Assembly (NCBI GenBank): GCA_037386325.1
Contig: JARRMB010000015.1
Coordinates: 1 to 41,243, forward strand
From: Candidatus Bathyarchaeota archaeon
GTDB taxonomy: Archaea > Thermoproteota > Bathyarchaeia > Bathyarchaeales > Bathyarchaeaceae
DNA: 41,243 nt
Direction of reading: 5' to 3'
The notes below the pieces were generated by a model. It was not told the DNA's origin. It did no database searches and saw nothing but the letters and a program-made list of their open reading frames with translations. The translations under genes and the position numbers were made by a program. This document shows positions 1 through 9,465 of this stretch, in pieces (positions within the stretch are counted from its first letter, which is position 1; every line of letters begins with the position of its first letter).

Positions 1-1
1 T

Positions 2-394
2 GCCCAAACGGACCATTTCATTTGTAAAAAAATTAAAGATCTTTTTAACGACGAAAATGAAGTAGAGATAATTTCAAATGAATTAAATGTATTTGAAATT
101 GAGAAAATTATTTCTCAGTTTAATTTTATTATAGCCTCTAGATATCATTCAATTGTTAATGCTTTTAAAAATGGGATTCCTGTTCTGGCAATAGGTTGGG
201 CAGCAAAATATTTTGAATTAATGAGAGACTTTAATCAATTAGACTATATTTTTGACACCCAAAAAAATTTTGAAAAATCGAAAGTACTTGATGGATTAAG
301 CAAATTACTAGAACGATATTCCGAAGAAAAGAAAATGATAAAATCAAAATTGGATCAGATGAAAAAGAATAAAATATTCAATGTATTAGAATGA
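2..394 (+). CDS. polysaccharide pyruvyl transferase family protein, C-terminal fragment (5' end outside window)
   Basis: Frame 2 is open from the window edge to TGA at 392-394. It is absent from the ORF track because there is no start codon in the window. Translation ...FNFIIASRYHSIVNAFKNGIPVLAIGWAAKYFELMRDF... resembles the conserved C-terminal core of CsaB/WcaK-type pyruvyl transferases. Glycan genes lie adjacent. Confidence 0.55.
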   Translation, partial: AQTDHFICKKIKDLFNDENEVEIISNELNVFEIEKIISQFNFIIASRYHSIVNAFKNGIPVLAIGWAAKYFELMRDFNQLDYIFDTQKNFEKSKVLDGLSKLLERYSEEKKMIKSKLDQMKKNKIFNVLE

Positions 395-541
395 GTTTTA
401 TCTTAAGGTAATATCAAAGAGAATGATTTTAATTAAAACGTTTTATTTAAAATTTCTTTTGAATAGATGATATACTCACTCTAACTAATTCTAACTAATT
501 TTTCTTGAGAGCAAAAAAATAGGCGATAGACGAGAAAAATT

Positions 542-1645
542 TTAGTTCAAATCTTTCAAAACTTCTATCATATATTTATTATCATTAAAACTTACAAGAG
601 GGTGAACGGGTAAACTCAAAACTTTTTTACAGGCTTCCTCAGTATTAGAACATAATTTTCCTATGTAATCTAATTTTTGATACAATGGTTGTTTGTAAAT
701 AGGAAGTGGATAGTGAATAGAAACTCCTATACCATGATCATGTAAAAGATTTGCAAATATGTCTCTATTCAGGTGGTAACTATCTTCTATTCTTATCACA
801 TATTGATGGAAAACATGTTTTACTCCATTCATTACATACGGAACGGTCAATCCATTAGATTTTCTAATATTATTACTCAAAAAAGTAGCATTTTCTATTC
901 TTTTAGAATTAAATTCATCAAGTTTACTCAACTGAATTGACCCAATAGCAGCACAAAACTCGGTCATTCGATAATTATAACCTAATATTTCATGGTTATA
1001 TTTGCTGTTTTGTCCATGGTTAATAAGCATACGAGTTTTTTCTGCTAGCTTTGAATCATTAGTAGTTATCATTCCACCTTCTCCAGTGGTCATATTTTTC
1101 GTTGCATAGAAACTAAAACAACCAATGTCACCCAATCCTCCAACTTTTTGTCCTTTGTATTCAGCTCCGTGAGCTTGAGCAGAATCCTCCACCAGTGGTA
1201 TGTCATAATCATCAGCAATTTCTTTAAGTTCAGACATTTTTGCAGGTTGACCAAACAAATGTATAGGAATTATTGCCTTGGTTTTAACTGTGATCTTTTC
1301 GGTAACATCTGATGGATCAATAGTGAAAGTTTTTGGATCAATGTCAGCGAATACAGGTTTAGCTTTTTGAAATAAAACACAATTACCTGATGCTACAAAT
1401 GAGAAAGCAGATGTAATCACTTCATCTCCTGGACCGATGTTGAGTGATTTAAGAGCAATATCTAAAGCTACTGTCCCATTGGTTACAGCGATAGCATGTT
1501 TAACTCCAATGTATTCAGCAAACTCTTTTTCAAATTTCCTTGTTTTCGGTCCTGAAGCTAAAATTCCAGATTTTAAAACTTCTTTTACTGCATTTTCTTC
1601 TTCTATATTAAAATTCGGTTTTGCAATGGGAATTTTACAGCTCAA
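542..1645 (-). CDS. DegT/DnrJ/EryC1/StrS-family PLP-dependent sugar aminotransferase (WbpE-like)
   Basis: 367-aa ORF with a TTG start. It carries family hallmarks (IPIAKPNF..EE..AV.EVLKSG, DSAQAHGA, FSFYATKNMTTGEGGMI with the PLP lysine). Length is typical for the family. Confidence 0.85.
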   Translation of the reverse strand: MSCKIPIAKPNFNIEEENAVKEVLKSGILASGPKTRKFEKEFAEYIGVKHAIAVTNGTVALDIALKSLNIGPGDEVITSAFSFVASGNCVLFQKAKPVFADIDPKTFTIDPSDVTEKITVKTKAIIPIHLFGQPAKMSELKEIADDYDIPLVEDSAQAHGAEYKGQKVGGLGDIGCFSFYATKNMTTGEGGMITTNDSKLAEKTRMLINHGQNSKYNHEILGYNYRMTEFCAAIGSIQLSKLDEFNSKRIENATFLSNNIRKSNGLTVPYVMNGVKHVFHQYVIRIEDSYHLNRDIFANLLHDHGIGVSIHYPLPIYKQPLYQKLDYIGKLCSNTEEACKKVLSLPVHPLVSFNDNKYMIEVLKDLN

Positions 1646-1651
1646 TTTATT

Positions 1652-2121
1652 TCACTCATAAATCATATTGAAATCATCTATTGATATTTCGCATATCTGC
1701 TTACAATCACTACATTCCATTAAAACATTTTTTTCGGTTTTTCTCCAATTGTAACTCCACAAACTATTACTGACCCAGCACCCAAGGAGCACCCCTTTTT
1801 CACAAAAGTAGGAAAGATTTTCCAATTAGGTTTTATACTCCGAGGATAGAGATCGTTAGTAAAAACAACATGAGGGCCAACAAAAGCATTATCGTCAATT
1901 GTTACACCCTCAAATATAGTTGCTCTATTTTCAATCTTAACGTTATTCCCTATTTTTACACCTTTACCAACATAAACATAATCCGCTATGACACAATCAT
2001 TTCCAATTTTAGCATCTTTCATAATGTGAACAAAGTGCCAAATTCTTGTCCCTTTTCCTAATTTTACCTCTTTATCAATAACAGCAGTTGGATCAACATA
2101 AACATCTGATATGAAAATCAC
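1652..2121 (-). pseudogene. left-handed beta-helix sugar N-acetyltransferase (WlbB/WbpD-like), frame-disrupted with an apparent internal deletion
   Basis: The 133-aa ORF (1720-2121) has hexapeptide repeats and aligns to the WlbB/WbpD core up to ...CGVTIGE. The expected ~25-30 residues (YA.IGAGAVVTKDVP....VG.PA..IG) are absent. A Cys-rich tail MECSDCKQICEISIDDFNMIYE* continues in another frame and ends at 1652-1654, 6 nt before the DegT start. Confidence 0.7.
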
Positions 2122-2229
2122 CCATCAATACTAAACAAATAACCAAATAATACTTTATGTAGAAAAAGCTAGATTCAACAATGGATAAAAATAGGTTAAA
2201 TCAAATCTTTTTAATTATTATGAGATTAT

Positions 2230-2496
2230 TTATTTTTCATTAGAACATTCTTTCAAAATCTTCAACAATATTTGAATATTATGAGTATTTATATCCAGAA
2301 GATTTCCATCAATTATTAATTTGAGTTTTAGGTTTTCTAACATTTTTATATTTTGAAGCCAATTTAAAATCTTATTGAGAAGATTTTCGTTAAGATCAAC
2401 AAATATTCCTGAAATAACGGAATCACCAAAGAAATCTTCAGATTCAGGTATTGGTGGAGGAGAAATATTCAAATAATAATCGTTCTCCAAATCCAA
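2230..2496 (-). CDS. hypothetical protein (88 aa, Leu/Asn-rich)
   Basis: ORF only, with a TTG start and no recognisable motif. It sits between glycan genes on the same strand. Confidence 0.3.
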   Translation of the reverse strand: MDLENDYYLNISPPPIPESEDFFGDSVISGIFVDLNENLLNKILNWLQNIKMLENLKLKLIIDGNLLDINTHNIQILLKILKECSNEK

Positions 2497-2568
2497 AACA
2501 TTTAATAAGACTGCATTAATTTAAACCCAATATTTATTTCGATACTTAATTTAATTATGTACTTTAGT

Positions 2569-3399
2569 TTAAGACCTCATCGAATAAGTCTGATCAATTC
2601 CTTTTCTTGCATCTAAGTATCCTTTTACCATTTTTAATCGATTAAAAATTATTGCTTGAGCTAGAACTATCAAAAAAGATCTATGGGCAACATTCCAAGA
2701 TATTTGACCACGCAAATAGTGACGTCTTGGAGACTCAACAGGTCTCAGATGTAAAGTCTTTGTCAAAATGATTATACTTTTATGTTTCTCTAAAAGTAAC
2801 AATTTATGAAATAGAGTATCTTCACCTCGAGCTACTTTTGATAAATCAATTCTCCTTTTTTGATCATTCTGCCTTTCATTGAATGCTTTTTTCCAATCTT
2901 CGAGGAAAAATAACACATTACCGCCTAACCAACGTTCACTTTGAGGTAACGGTATTCGTAATTTCTCTAAAAAACGTTTAATCATATGTCTGTAGGATAT
3001 AGGAAAGTCTAGGAACTCGAAATTTATGATTCGAATATCATTTTTTCCTAATAAAGGAATATATTTTTTTATTTTTTGATCCAGTATTAGATCAGCATCA
3101 GTTTTTAAGATTTTACTGCTTTTGGCTTTAAGATAGCCTTTTCGTCTTAAAAATGTTGGTCGAAATGAAAATTCGGAACCTTCTTCTTTAGAAACTAATT
3201 CGAAAGAGGTCTTCTCAAAATAATTCATTTTTTTAGTTATTTGTACTGCAACGTCGTATGAATCATCTGAACAGTTATCGAATAAAAGGATCAATTCTTT
3301 TGGATTTAAAAGAATTACTGAGGGTAAACTTAGTTTAAGTAATTCAGCTTCGTTGTGAATTGGCATAACTACTGAAAAATCTGAGTTTTTGTCATTCAT
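2569..3399 (-). CDS. family 2 glycosyltransferase
   Basis: N-terminus FSVVMPIHNEAELLKLSLPSV...FDNCSDDS matches the GT-A/GT2 nucleotide-sugar binding region. A later TDADL (DxD-like) motif is present. 276 aa. Confidence 0.7.
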   Translation of the reverse strand: MNDKNSDFSVVMPIHNEAELLKLSLPSVILLNPKELILLFDNCSDDSYDVAVQITKKMNYFEKTSFELVSKEEGSEFSFRPTFLRRKGYLKAKSSKILKTDADLILDQKIKKYIPLLGKNDIRIINFEFLDFPISYRHMIKRFLEKLRIPLPQSERWLGGNVLFFLEDWKKAFNERQNDQKRRIDLSKVARGEDTLFHKLLLLEKHKSIIILTKTLHLRPVESPRRHYLRGQISWNVAHRSFLIVLAQAIIFNRLKMVKGYLDARKGIDQTYSMRS

Positions 3400-3554
3400 G
3401 GCTAATCATCATAATATCTTCCATCGAGAGAGAGGATCTCTCAATCAAACTAAACGTTCTTAACCGAATGTCATGCTGTGAAGATAAATATCTTTTCAAA
3501 CACCAAAATTTATGAAATTTAATATGTCTTACATCAAATAGAAAAATTCTGAAA

Positions 3555-4898
3555 TTAATTAAGAAATGGTTTTCCTAAACATCTATACAATATAGATTTC
3601 TTCAGTTTTTTAGTATCTATGAAGTTTCGAGCATCAATTAAACAACATTTTGGGGATAATTTGTTTATTTTTTCTTCGATATTATTATCCCTAAAAAATG
3701 AATGATCAACAAGTAGAATTATACAATCCTTATTAGAAATAGTTTCGTCTAAACTTCTATTATTTGCACCAAAATTTTCTGAAGTTAATGGATCAAAAGT
3801 CATCACATTTTTAGAAACTTTACATAATTCTTGAATGACAGTCTTTGAAGGAGTCCTTCTTAAATCTAGAACATCTTTTTTATATGTGATACCTAAAACA
3901 CCAAAACTTGAAGTAGTCATGGGTTTTTTTCGAATTTTTAGTGTTTCTTCTGCTAGATGAAAGATGTAAAAAGGCATATTTTTGTTTATTGCTGCAGCTT
4001 CTTCAATAAACTCGACAGACACTCCCATCTTTTTTGCTTTGTATAATAGATAAAAAGGATCTTTTGGAATACAATGACCTCCAACTCCTGGTCCAGGATA
4101 ATGTGACATAAATCCAAAGGGCTTTGAAGAAGCAGCGTCAATTGTCTCCCAAGTATCTATTCCAAGTTTTTCAAAGAATTTTGAAAGATCATTGATAAGT
4201 GCAATATTTACACTTCGGAAAATATTTTCTAACATTTTTGTGGCCTCAGCAACCTTAAGAGAAGACACTGGAACTACATCTTCAAGAACCTGAGAAAACA
4301 ATAATGATGCAAAAATAACACTTTCTTTATTCAACCCTCCAACAATTTTAGGTATTAGTTCAATGTTCCATTTTTTGTTTCCAGGGTCGATTCTTTCTGG
4401 AGAGAAAGATAAGTAGAAATCTTGGCCAGCCTTAAAACCAGATTCTTCAAGTAACGGTTTCACTACCTCTTCTGTAGCACCAGGATAAATCGTGCTCTCT
4501 ATAATTACCAAAGTCTCTTTTTTAATAAATTTTGAAACAGTTCTACATGTATTTTCAAGAAAAATCAGATTTGGAGTCTCATCCTCTTTCAATGGAGTCG
4601 GTACATCCACAATAAAAACATCAGCAGTTTTCAAATCACTTTCATCGTTTGTAAGCTTCAAATTTTTTGAAATATCAGATAAAACTTTTTGTTTTTTCAA
4701 TTCATCATTCGGTAACAAAGAATTAAGTTCTGAGATAACCTTACCATTTTTAATATCTACTAAACGTTGACCATTAATATCATAACCAATTGTGAAGAAT
4801 CCATTCTTAGCAAATAGTGACGACATTGGATACCCCACGTGTCCTAACCCTAGAACTGCAACCACAACTTTTTTAGCCTTAATTTTTTGTTCTAACAT
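3555..4898 (-). CDS. UDP-N-acetyl-D-hexosamine (ManNAc/GlcNAc) 6-dehydrogenase, UDP-glucose/GDP-mannose dehydrogenase family (WecC/WbpA-like)
   Basis: 447 aa. It has an N-terminal Rossmann VAVLGLGHVGYP, the catalytic region GPGVGGHCIPKDP and a C-terminal UDP-binding domain. Confidence 0.85.
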   Translation of the reverse strand: MLEQKIKAKKVVVAVLGLGHVGYPMSSLFAKNGFFTIGYDINGQRLVDIKNGKVISELNSLLPNDELKKQKVLSDISKNLKLTNDESDLKTADVFIVDVPTPLKEDETPNLIFLENTCRTVSKFIKKETLVIIESTIYPGATEEVVKPLLEESGFKAGQDFYLSFSPERIDPGNKKWNIELIPKIVGGLNKESVIFASLLFSQVLEDVVPVSSLKVAEATKMLENIFRSVNIALINDLSKFFEKLGIDTWETIDAASSKPFGFMSHYPGPGVGGHCIPKDPFYLLYKAKKMGVSVEFIEEAAAINKNMPFYIFHLAEETLKIRKKPMTTSSFGVLGITYKKDVLDLRRTPSKTVIQELCKVSKNVMTFDPLTSENFGANNRSLDETISNKDCIILLVDHSFFRDNNIEEKINKLSPKCCLIDARNFIDTKKLKKSILYRCLGKPFLN

Positions 4899-5031
4899 TT
4901 TAATCTATACTGAAATCCTAGAGGTATTTGTCTTTTGTTACATTCAACATTATTCAGATAAGTTGTTCTTCATAAAATAGAAAACATTTAAATCCTGTAA
5001 AACACCGATACCTCAATCTAGAGGATTAATA

Positions 5032-5202
5032 ATGTCAGAAGAAAACTCACGAGGACTTACTTATGAATGCGTGAAATGCGGAGCCCAAGTTAGAACAGAA
5101 GAACTTGAATTGCGAGGTGGAGGTGTAAAATGCACCATTTGTGGGTATAGGGTCCTTAAAAAACAAAGACCACCAGTAGTTAAACGAGTTTCAACCGGAT
5201 AA
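5032..5202 (+). CDS. rpoP: DNA-directed RNA polymerase subunit P (Rpb12/RPABC4 homologue)
   Basis: 56-codon ORF below the ORF-track size cut-off: MSEENSRGLTYECVKCGAQVRTEELELRGGGVKCTICGYRVLKKQRPPVVKRVSTG. The CxxC...CxxC zinc ribbon followed by R(V/I)L.K.RPP is the RpoP signature. Confidence 0.75.
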   Translation: MSEENSRGLTYECVKCGAQVRTEELELRGGGVKCTICGYRVLKKQRPPVVKRVSTG

Positions 5203-5374
5203 AATAAACAATTTTTTTACAAAAATCCAATTAATAGGTTTTAGATAGATAAATCTGCTTCTAATTTTGCCGATTTTAACCTTAAAAGCAAAATTTTAAC
5301 GATTTTTTCAGCAACTGCATATTTAAATACAAGGCTAGTAGTGATTTTAAAATTTATATAGGAGCTGAAACTCA

Positions 5375-6439
5375 ATGAAAATCCCTTTGACTAGAAAAGT
5401 TGAAGGATTTACAGTTAAAGAAAAAACAATTTCTCAACTTCTTTATGAAATGGGAAAAACTGCTTTTCAAGGAAGAAAATTATCAGAAGCTGTAGATCTA
5501 TGGGAGACAATTATAAAAGAAAAAGATCTTACAATTGTTCTTGGATTAGCAGGTTCAATGAGTACTGCTGGACAATGGACATTAATTAATTGGCTTATCA
5601 AAAACAGATTTATTGATGTTATCGTATCAACGGGGGCAAATATATCAGAAGATATTGTCGATGCAATGGGATTGGGTTATTGGCAAGCAACTGAAAATAT
5701 TAACGACGAAGAACTTCTAGAAGCGGACATCAATAGATATTACGACGTCTATGGAATAGAAACAGATTACAGAAAGATGGAAGAAATTCTAACTGAATTC
5801 CTGCTAACTCTACAGGCAAATTATCCTTATTCTTCAATGGAAATATTATACCTGCTTGGTAAATGGTTGAATAATAAGCAAATTAAAAGTATAACAGCTA
5901 CTGCAGCAGAAAATGGAGTTCCAATTTTCAGCCCAGCGATGCTTGATAGCGCTTATGGTGAAGCAGTTTTAATGGCAAAAAACGAAGGACATAATTTGAT
6001 AGTAGATCAAGCCAAAGAATTTGATCAATTTGTCAGTATAGGAGAAAAAACCAAAGATACAGCTGTAATTTATATTGGTGGAGGAGTGCCTAAAGATTTT
6101 ACCCAACTATTAGCAATATCAATTTCTCCCAAGACAATGGATCAAGAAATTAAAGGAAGAAAAGGTAACCGAAGAAAGAGTATACAAGAATATTATTACC
6201 CTCATAAATATGCAATTCAAATTACTACTGATTCACCACAATGGGGTGGATTATCAGGATGTACTCTTGAAGAGGCAAAAAGTTGGGGTAAAGTTTCAGG
6301 AACTGGGAAAGACATAACATGCTATTGTGATGCAACAATTGCATTACCAATTATAACTCATGCTCTAAATGAGCGAATAAAAAATGTTGAACGAAAAAAG
6401 AGAGCCCCAGATTTTTCGTGGCTTTTACCTAAGATTTAA
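5375..6439 (+). CDS. dys: deoxyhypusine synthase
   Basis: 354 aa. Motifs are [30 protein letters not shown] and [21 protein letters not shown]. An SD-like GGAG lies upstream. Confidence 0.9.
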   Translation: MKIPLTRKVEGFTVKEKTISQLLYEMGKTAFQGRKLSEAVDLWETIIKEKDLTIVLGLAGSMSTAGQWTLINWLIKNRFIDVIVSTGANISEDIVDAMGLGYWQATENINDEELLEADINRYYDVYGIETDYRKMEEILTEFLLTLQANYPYSSMEILYLLGKWLNNKQIKSITATAAENGVPIFSPAMLDSAYGEAVLMAKNEGHNLIVDQAKEFDQFVSIGEKTKDTAVIYIGGGVPKDFTQLLAISISPKTMDQEIKGRKGNRRKSIQEYYYPHKYAIQITTDSPQWGGLSGCTLEEAKSWGKVSGTGKDITCYCDATIALPIITHALNERIKNVERKKRAPDFSWLLPKI

Positions 6440-6465
6440 TTGAAAAAATAAAAACATGGAGAGAA

Positions 6466-6951
6466 ATGAATGAAATGATTCCCAGATATGTATTTATGAC
6501 TAAAGGTGTGGGTAGACACAAGGAAAGTTTGCAATCTTTTGAGTTAGCTCTCAGAAACGCAGGTATTCAGGCATGTAATATAGTGACAGTGTCTAGCATA
6601 TTGCCACCGGGATGTAAAGTGATATCCAAAGATAGAGGATTAAAGATGCTTCATCCAGGGGAAATAACATTTGCAGTAATGTCAAAAAATTGTGTTCAAG
6701 AACCACATAGACTTATTGCGGCATCAATAGGTATGGCCATACCATCAAGCACAAATAGTTATGGTTACTTATCAGAGCATCACTCTTTTGGTCAAACAGC
6801 AGAAGTCGCAGGAAATTATGCAGAGGATTTAGCTGCAACAATGTTAGCAACAACCATGGGGATTCCATTTGATCCTGAACCAATGGACTACAGTTATCGC
6901 AGCTGCAGTTTTCGTCCCTTAAGATCAAATATTGGTCATCAGTTCGAATAA
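6466..6951 (+). pseudogene. pdaD: pyruvoyl-dependent arginine decarboxylase, frame-disrupted near the C-terminus with an apparent internal deletion
   Basis: The N-terminal 138 aa are typical PdaD ([17 protein letters not shown]..., self-cleavage site VSSILPP, ...GYLSEHH...[20 protein letters not shown]). The canonical C-terminus [13 protein letters not shown] is encoded in the +1 frame (6881-6922). About 30 residues normally found between the two parts are missing. Confidence 0.8.
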
Positions 6952-6978
6952 AAAACTATTTATCAATATTGAAAAGAT

Positions 6979-7272
6979 CTAGTAGAATTCTTTATCTCCT
7001 AGTTTTCTCAATGCTTTTCCTCTAAGTTTTACCGGAGGTAGTAGTTCGTCATCATCATCTAATTGTCTTTCAACAGTTTTACGTTTTACAGATTCTCCGC
7101 ATACGCCTCCAGGCAACAATTGTCGTCTAACACACGTAGCGTAACTACAATTGGCTATATTGCAATCTTCATCTGTCCATCTACACCATATTCTGTTTCC
7201 TTGGAAAATTACAGCTCGTTTTACACATTTAAACAATCTACATTTTGGAGAACAATATTTTGTCTCAACCAA
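6979..7272 (-). CDS. conserved-looking Cys-rich small protein (putative metal-binding), function unknown
   Basis: 97-aa ORF whose only possible start is TTG. It has 9 Cys in CxxxC/CxxxxC spacing and an acidic/basic tail. No family recognised. Confidence 0.45.
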   Translation of the reverse strand: MVETKYCSPKCRLFKCVKRAVIFQGNRIWCRWTDEDCNIANCSYATCVRRQLLPGGVCGESVKRKTVERQLDDDDELLPPVKLRGKALRKLGDKEFY

Positions 7273-7580
7273 ATTTATGCCACGACCTTAGTATTGTACA
7301 AAAATTCAAGTAGTTTTTCGTTATCAGCAAATTATGCCTCTTTCACGGAAAGTTATAAATTTTTTGTTTTCTAAATTCATTTTATCCAAATTTTTTATAA
7401 CTCCTAAAAAATTGTAAAAATTCTTAAGCCACTAAATATAGAATTTCATTTTAATTAATTTCTAATTAGAATAATCAAATGTAAAAATTGTTTATTTTTT
7501 TATAAAAAAACATTTTGGGGCATATAATTATTCAAGAAAATATAGAACTAACTGCTACAAAAGATTTTTAAATCTAATCT

Positions 7581-8333
7581 ATGTATCCATCAATCCGAGA
7601 TGGAATCATGAAAATATTAAATGAATTTGTCCCAACACGAAAATTTCAAAAACTTGCTGAAGAATTAAAGGATCTGGTTGATGGATGGAACGTAACTGAT
7701 AGTGCAGCTGGTTTTCCTGCACCAAGCGGTGTTGTTGTAAGTTGTCTGCTTAAAGCCAAATATCCTGATAAGTATGTTGTTCCAATTTTTATTTTGCACT
7801 ATAAAGGTCCAGTTGAAGTAGGAGGTTTAGCATTAGCTTCTGATATTATTGGACTTGACGGTTTAATAGTCACAATGGGTGATAATCCCAAATTTGGTGA
7901 ACCCATAAAAATGTTAAAATCTTCTGAAGGGGCTAGAGAGTTTCTTCGCACAAATGTAAAACTTAAGAACTTAAAATTAGGATGTCTATTAACATCTAGA
8001 AGATCTTTAGAAGATAACCTTGAACGAGTAAGAGGAGATTGGGATTTTATTTATTTCATGAGACTTGAAGATAAAACGTTCCCAATGCTTGAAGCAGTCG
8101 CTAAAGAATGTAAGAAACTTAATAAACCGATATTTGCTTATTTCTTAGTTGCTACGGAAAAAAATGCAAAAACTATGGAAATGATTGGTTGGCCTGCTAC
8201 AACAACAATGGATAAAGTAGAAGAAACTGCGGCAAGACTTGATGGAGTCGTAGACGGTATAATAGCAACATGCGCTGGAGATGCAGAAGGCGATAAAGAG
8301 ATGCTGCAAAAATTACAAAAGTTTCGGGACTAA
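7581..8333 (+). CDS. methylenetetrahydrofolate reductase (MetF)-like protein, short form
   Basis: 250 aa. The pattern ILNEFVPTRK...GWNVTDSAAG...GLDGLIVTMGDNP parallels MetF FEFFPP...VSVT...ALRGD. The assignment is tentative. Confidence 0.45.
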   Translation: MYPSIRDGIMKILNEFVPTRKFQKLAEELKDLVDGWNVTDSAAGFPAPSGVVVSCLLKAKYPDKYVVPIFILHYKGPVEVGGLALASDIIGLDGLIVTMGDNPKFGEPIKMLKSSEGAREFLRTNVKLKNLKLGCLLTSRRSLEDNLERVRGDWDFIYFMRLEDKTFPMLEAVAKECKKLNKPIFAYFLVATEKNAKTMEMIGWPATTTMDKVEETAARLDGVVDGIIATCAGDAEGDKEMLQKLQKFRD

Positions 8334-8383
8334 ATCAATAAAGCACGCAACAGAATAAATGCACTATTAATCAACGAAAATAA

Positions 8384-8421
8384 AGCGCCCACAACATCTA
8401 CTATTTTGTTGTCATGGCGCT
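8384..8421 (+). terminator. GC-clamped hairpin between the metF-like and taw1 genes (possible terminator or regulatory stem)
   Basis: AGCGCC(8384-8389) pairs with GGCGCT(8416-8421). An inner CAACA/TGTTG stem is also possible. It lies 50 nt after the metF-like stop. Confidence 0.25.
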
Positions 8422-8485
8422 ACACCAAATTGTTCATTTCTTTTTTTCTTTAGATTTTCATTATAATGTTGGTAGGTAAGAATTT

Positions 8486-9442
8486 TTGCCATCTTTAATT
8501 CCTGAACAAATAAAACATATGTTGATTCGACAAAAATATCATGTCGTAGGAAATCATTCTGCAGTAAAAAGGTGCAGGTGGTTATACAATAGTATTGTTC
8601 AGGACAGAACTTGTTATAAACAAAAATTTTATGGAATAAAAAGCCATAGATGTCTCCAAATGACCCCGTCAATTTTTCATTGTACTTTAGGATGTGTATT
8701 TTGTTGGCGGGCACAGAGTGGAGATCACAACATCCGATGGGATGAAACTCTGATGCCAAAATGGGATGATCCTGAATCGATAATTGAGGGGTGTATACGA
8801 GAGCAAAAACGAATATTAACCGGGTACAAAGCAACTCCCAACGCTAACCAGGATAAACGTATGGAAGCATTATCACCCAAACATGCAGCAATCAGCCTTA
8901 CAGGAGAGCCTACAATCTATCCTTATTTAGATGGATTAATAGAAAACTTTCATAAAAGAAATTTCAGTACATTTTTGGTTTCAAATGGAACTATTCCAGA
9001 AGCTCTTTCAAATTTAAGTGAAGAACCTACACAGCTTTATATCTCAGTTTCTGCTTTTTCTAAAAATATTTTTTCCAGAATTTGTCGTCCCCAAATTAAA
9101 GATGCTTGGAAAAAGCTTAATGAAACTCTAGAATTACTTTCGAGCTTCAATTGTCCCACAGTAATCAGATTGACTTTGGCAAGAAATCTAAATCTTGAAC
9201 ATCCAGAACATTTTGCAAGTATTATCAAAAAAGCAAATCCTACATATATTGAACCAAAAGCCTACATGCATGTAGGTTTTTCAAGACTACGAATGGAATA
9301 TAATAATATGCCAACTCATAAAGAAATAAAAGAATTTGCTGAAAAAATTAAATCACAGATTGGTTACACAATTTTAGATGAAGCCCCAGAAAGCAGGGTG
9401 GTTTTGCTCAGTTGCCTAGAAAAAGCTATTAAGTTGGCTTAG
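8486..9442 (+). CDS. taw1: tRNA 4-demethylwyosine synthase (Taw1/TYW1), radical SAM
   Basis: 318 aa, collinear with M. jannaschii Taw1 as recalled (IPE.I...L.KQ.Y...G.H.AVK.C.W; CYK.KFYGI.SHRC.Q.TPS). It has the radical-SAM CTLGCVFCWR motif, then EPKH.AISL.GEPT.YPYL and PTQLYIS. Confidence 0.85.
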   Translation: MPSLIPEQIKHMLIRQKYHVVGNHSAVKRCRWLYNSIVQDRTCYKQKFYGIKSHRCLQMTPSIFHCTLGCVFCWRAQSGDHNIRWDETLMPKWDDPESIIEGCIREQKRILTGYKATPNANQDKRMEALSPKHAAISLTGEPTIYPYLDGLIENFHKRNFSTFLVSNGTIPEALSNLSEEPTQLYISVSAFSKNIFSRICRPQIKDAWKKLNETLELLSSFNCPTVIRLTLARNLNLEHPEHFASIIKKANPTYIEPKAYMHVGFSRLRMEYNNMPTHKEIKEFAEKIKSQIGYTILDEAPESRVVLLSCLEKAIKLA

Positions 9443-9465
9443 ATCTATTTTGAAGGTTTCTGGTT

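Noticed and set aside
481-500. Tandem duplication tctaactaat x2
   Set aside because: There are only two 10-nt copies in an AT-rich spacer. It is not a CRISPR array or a meaningful repeat family.
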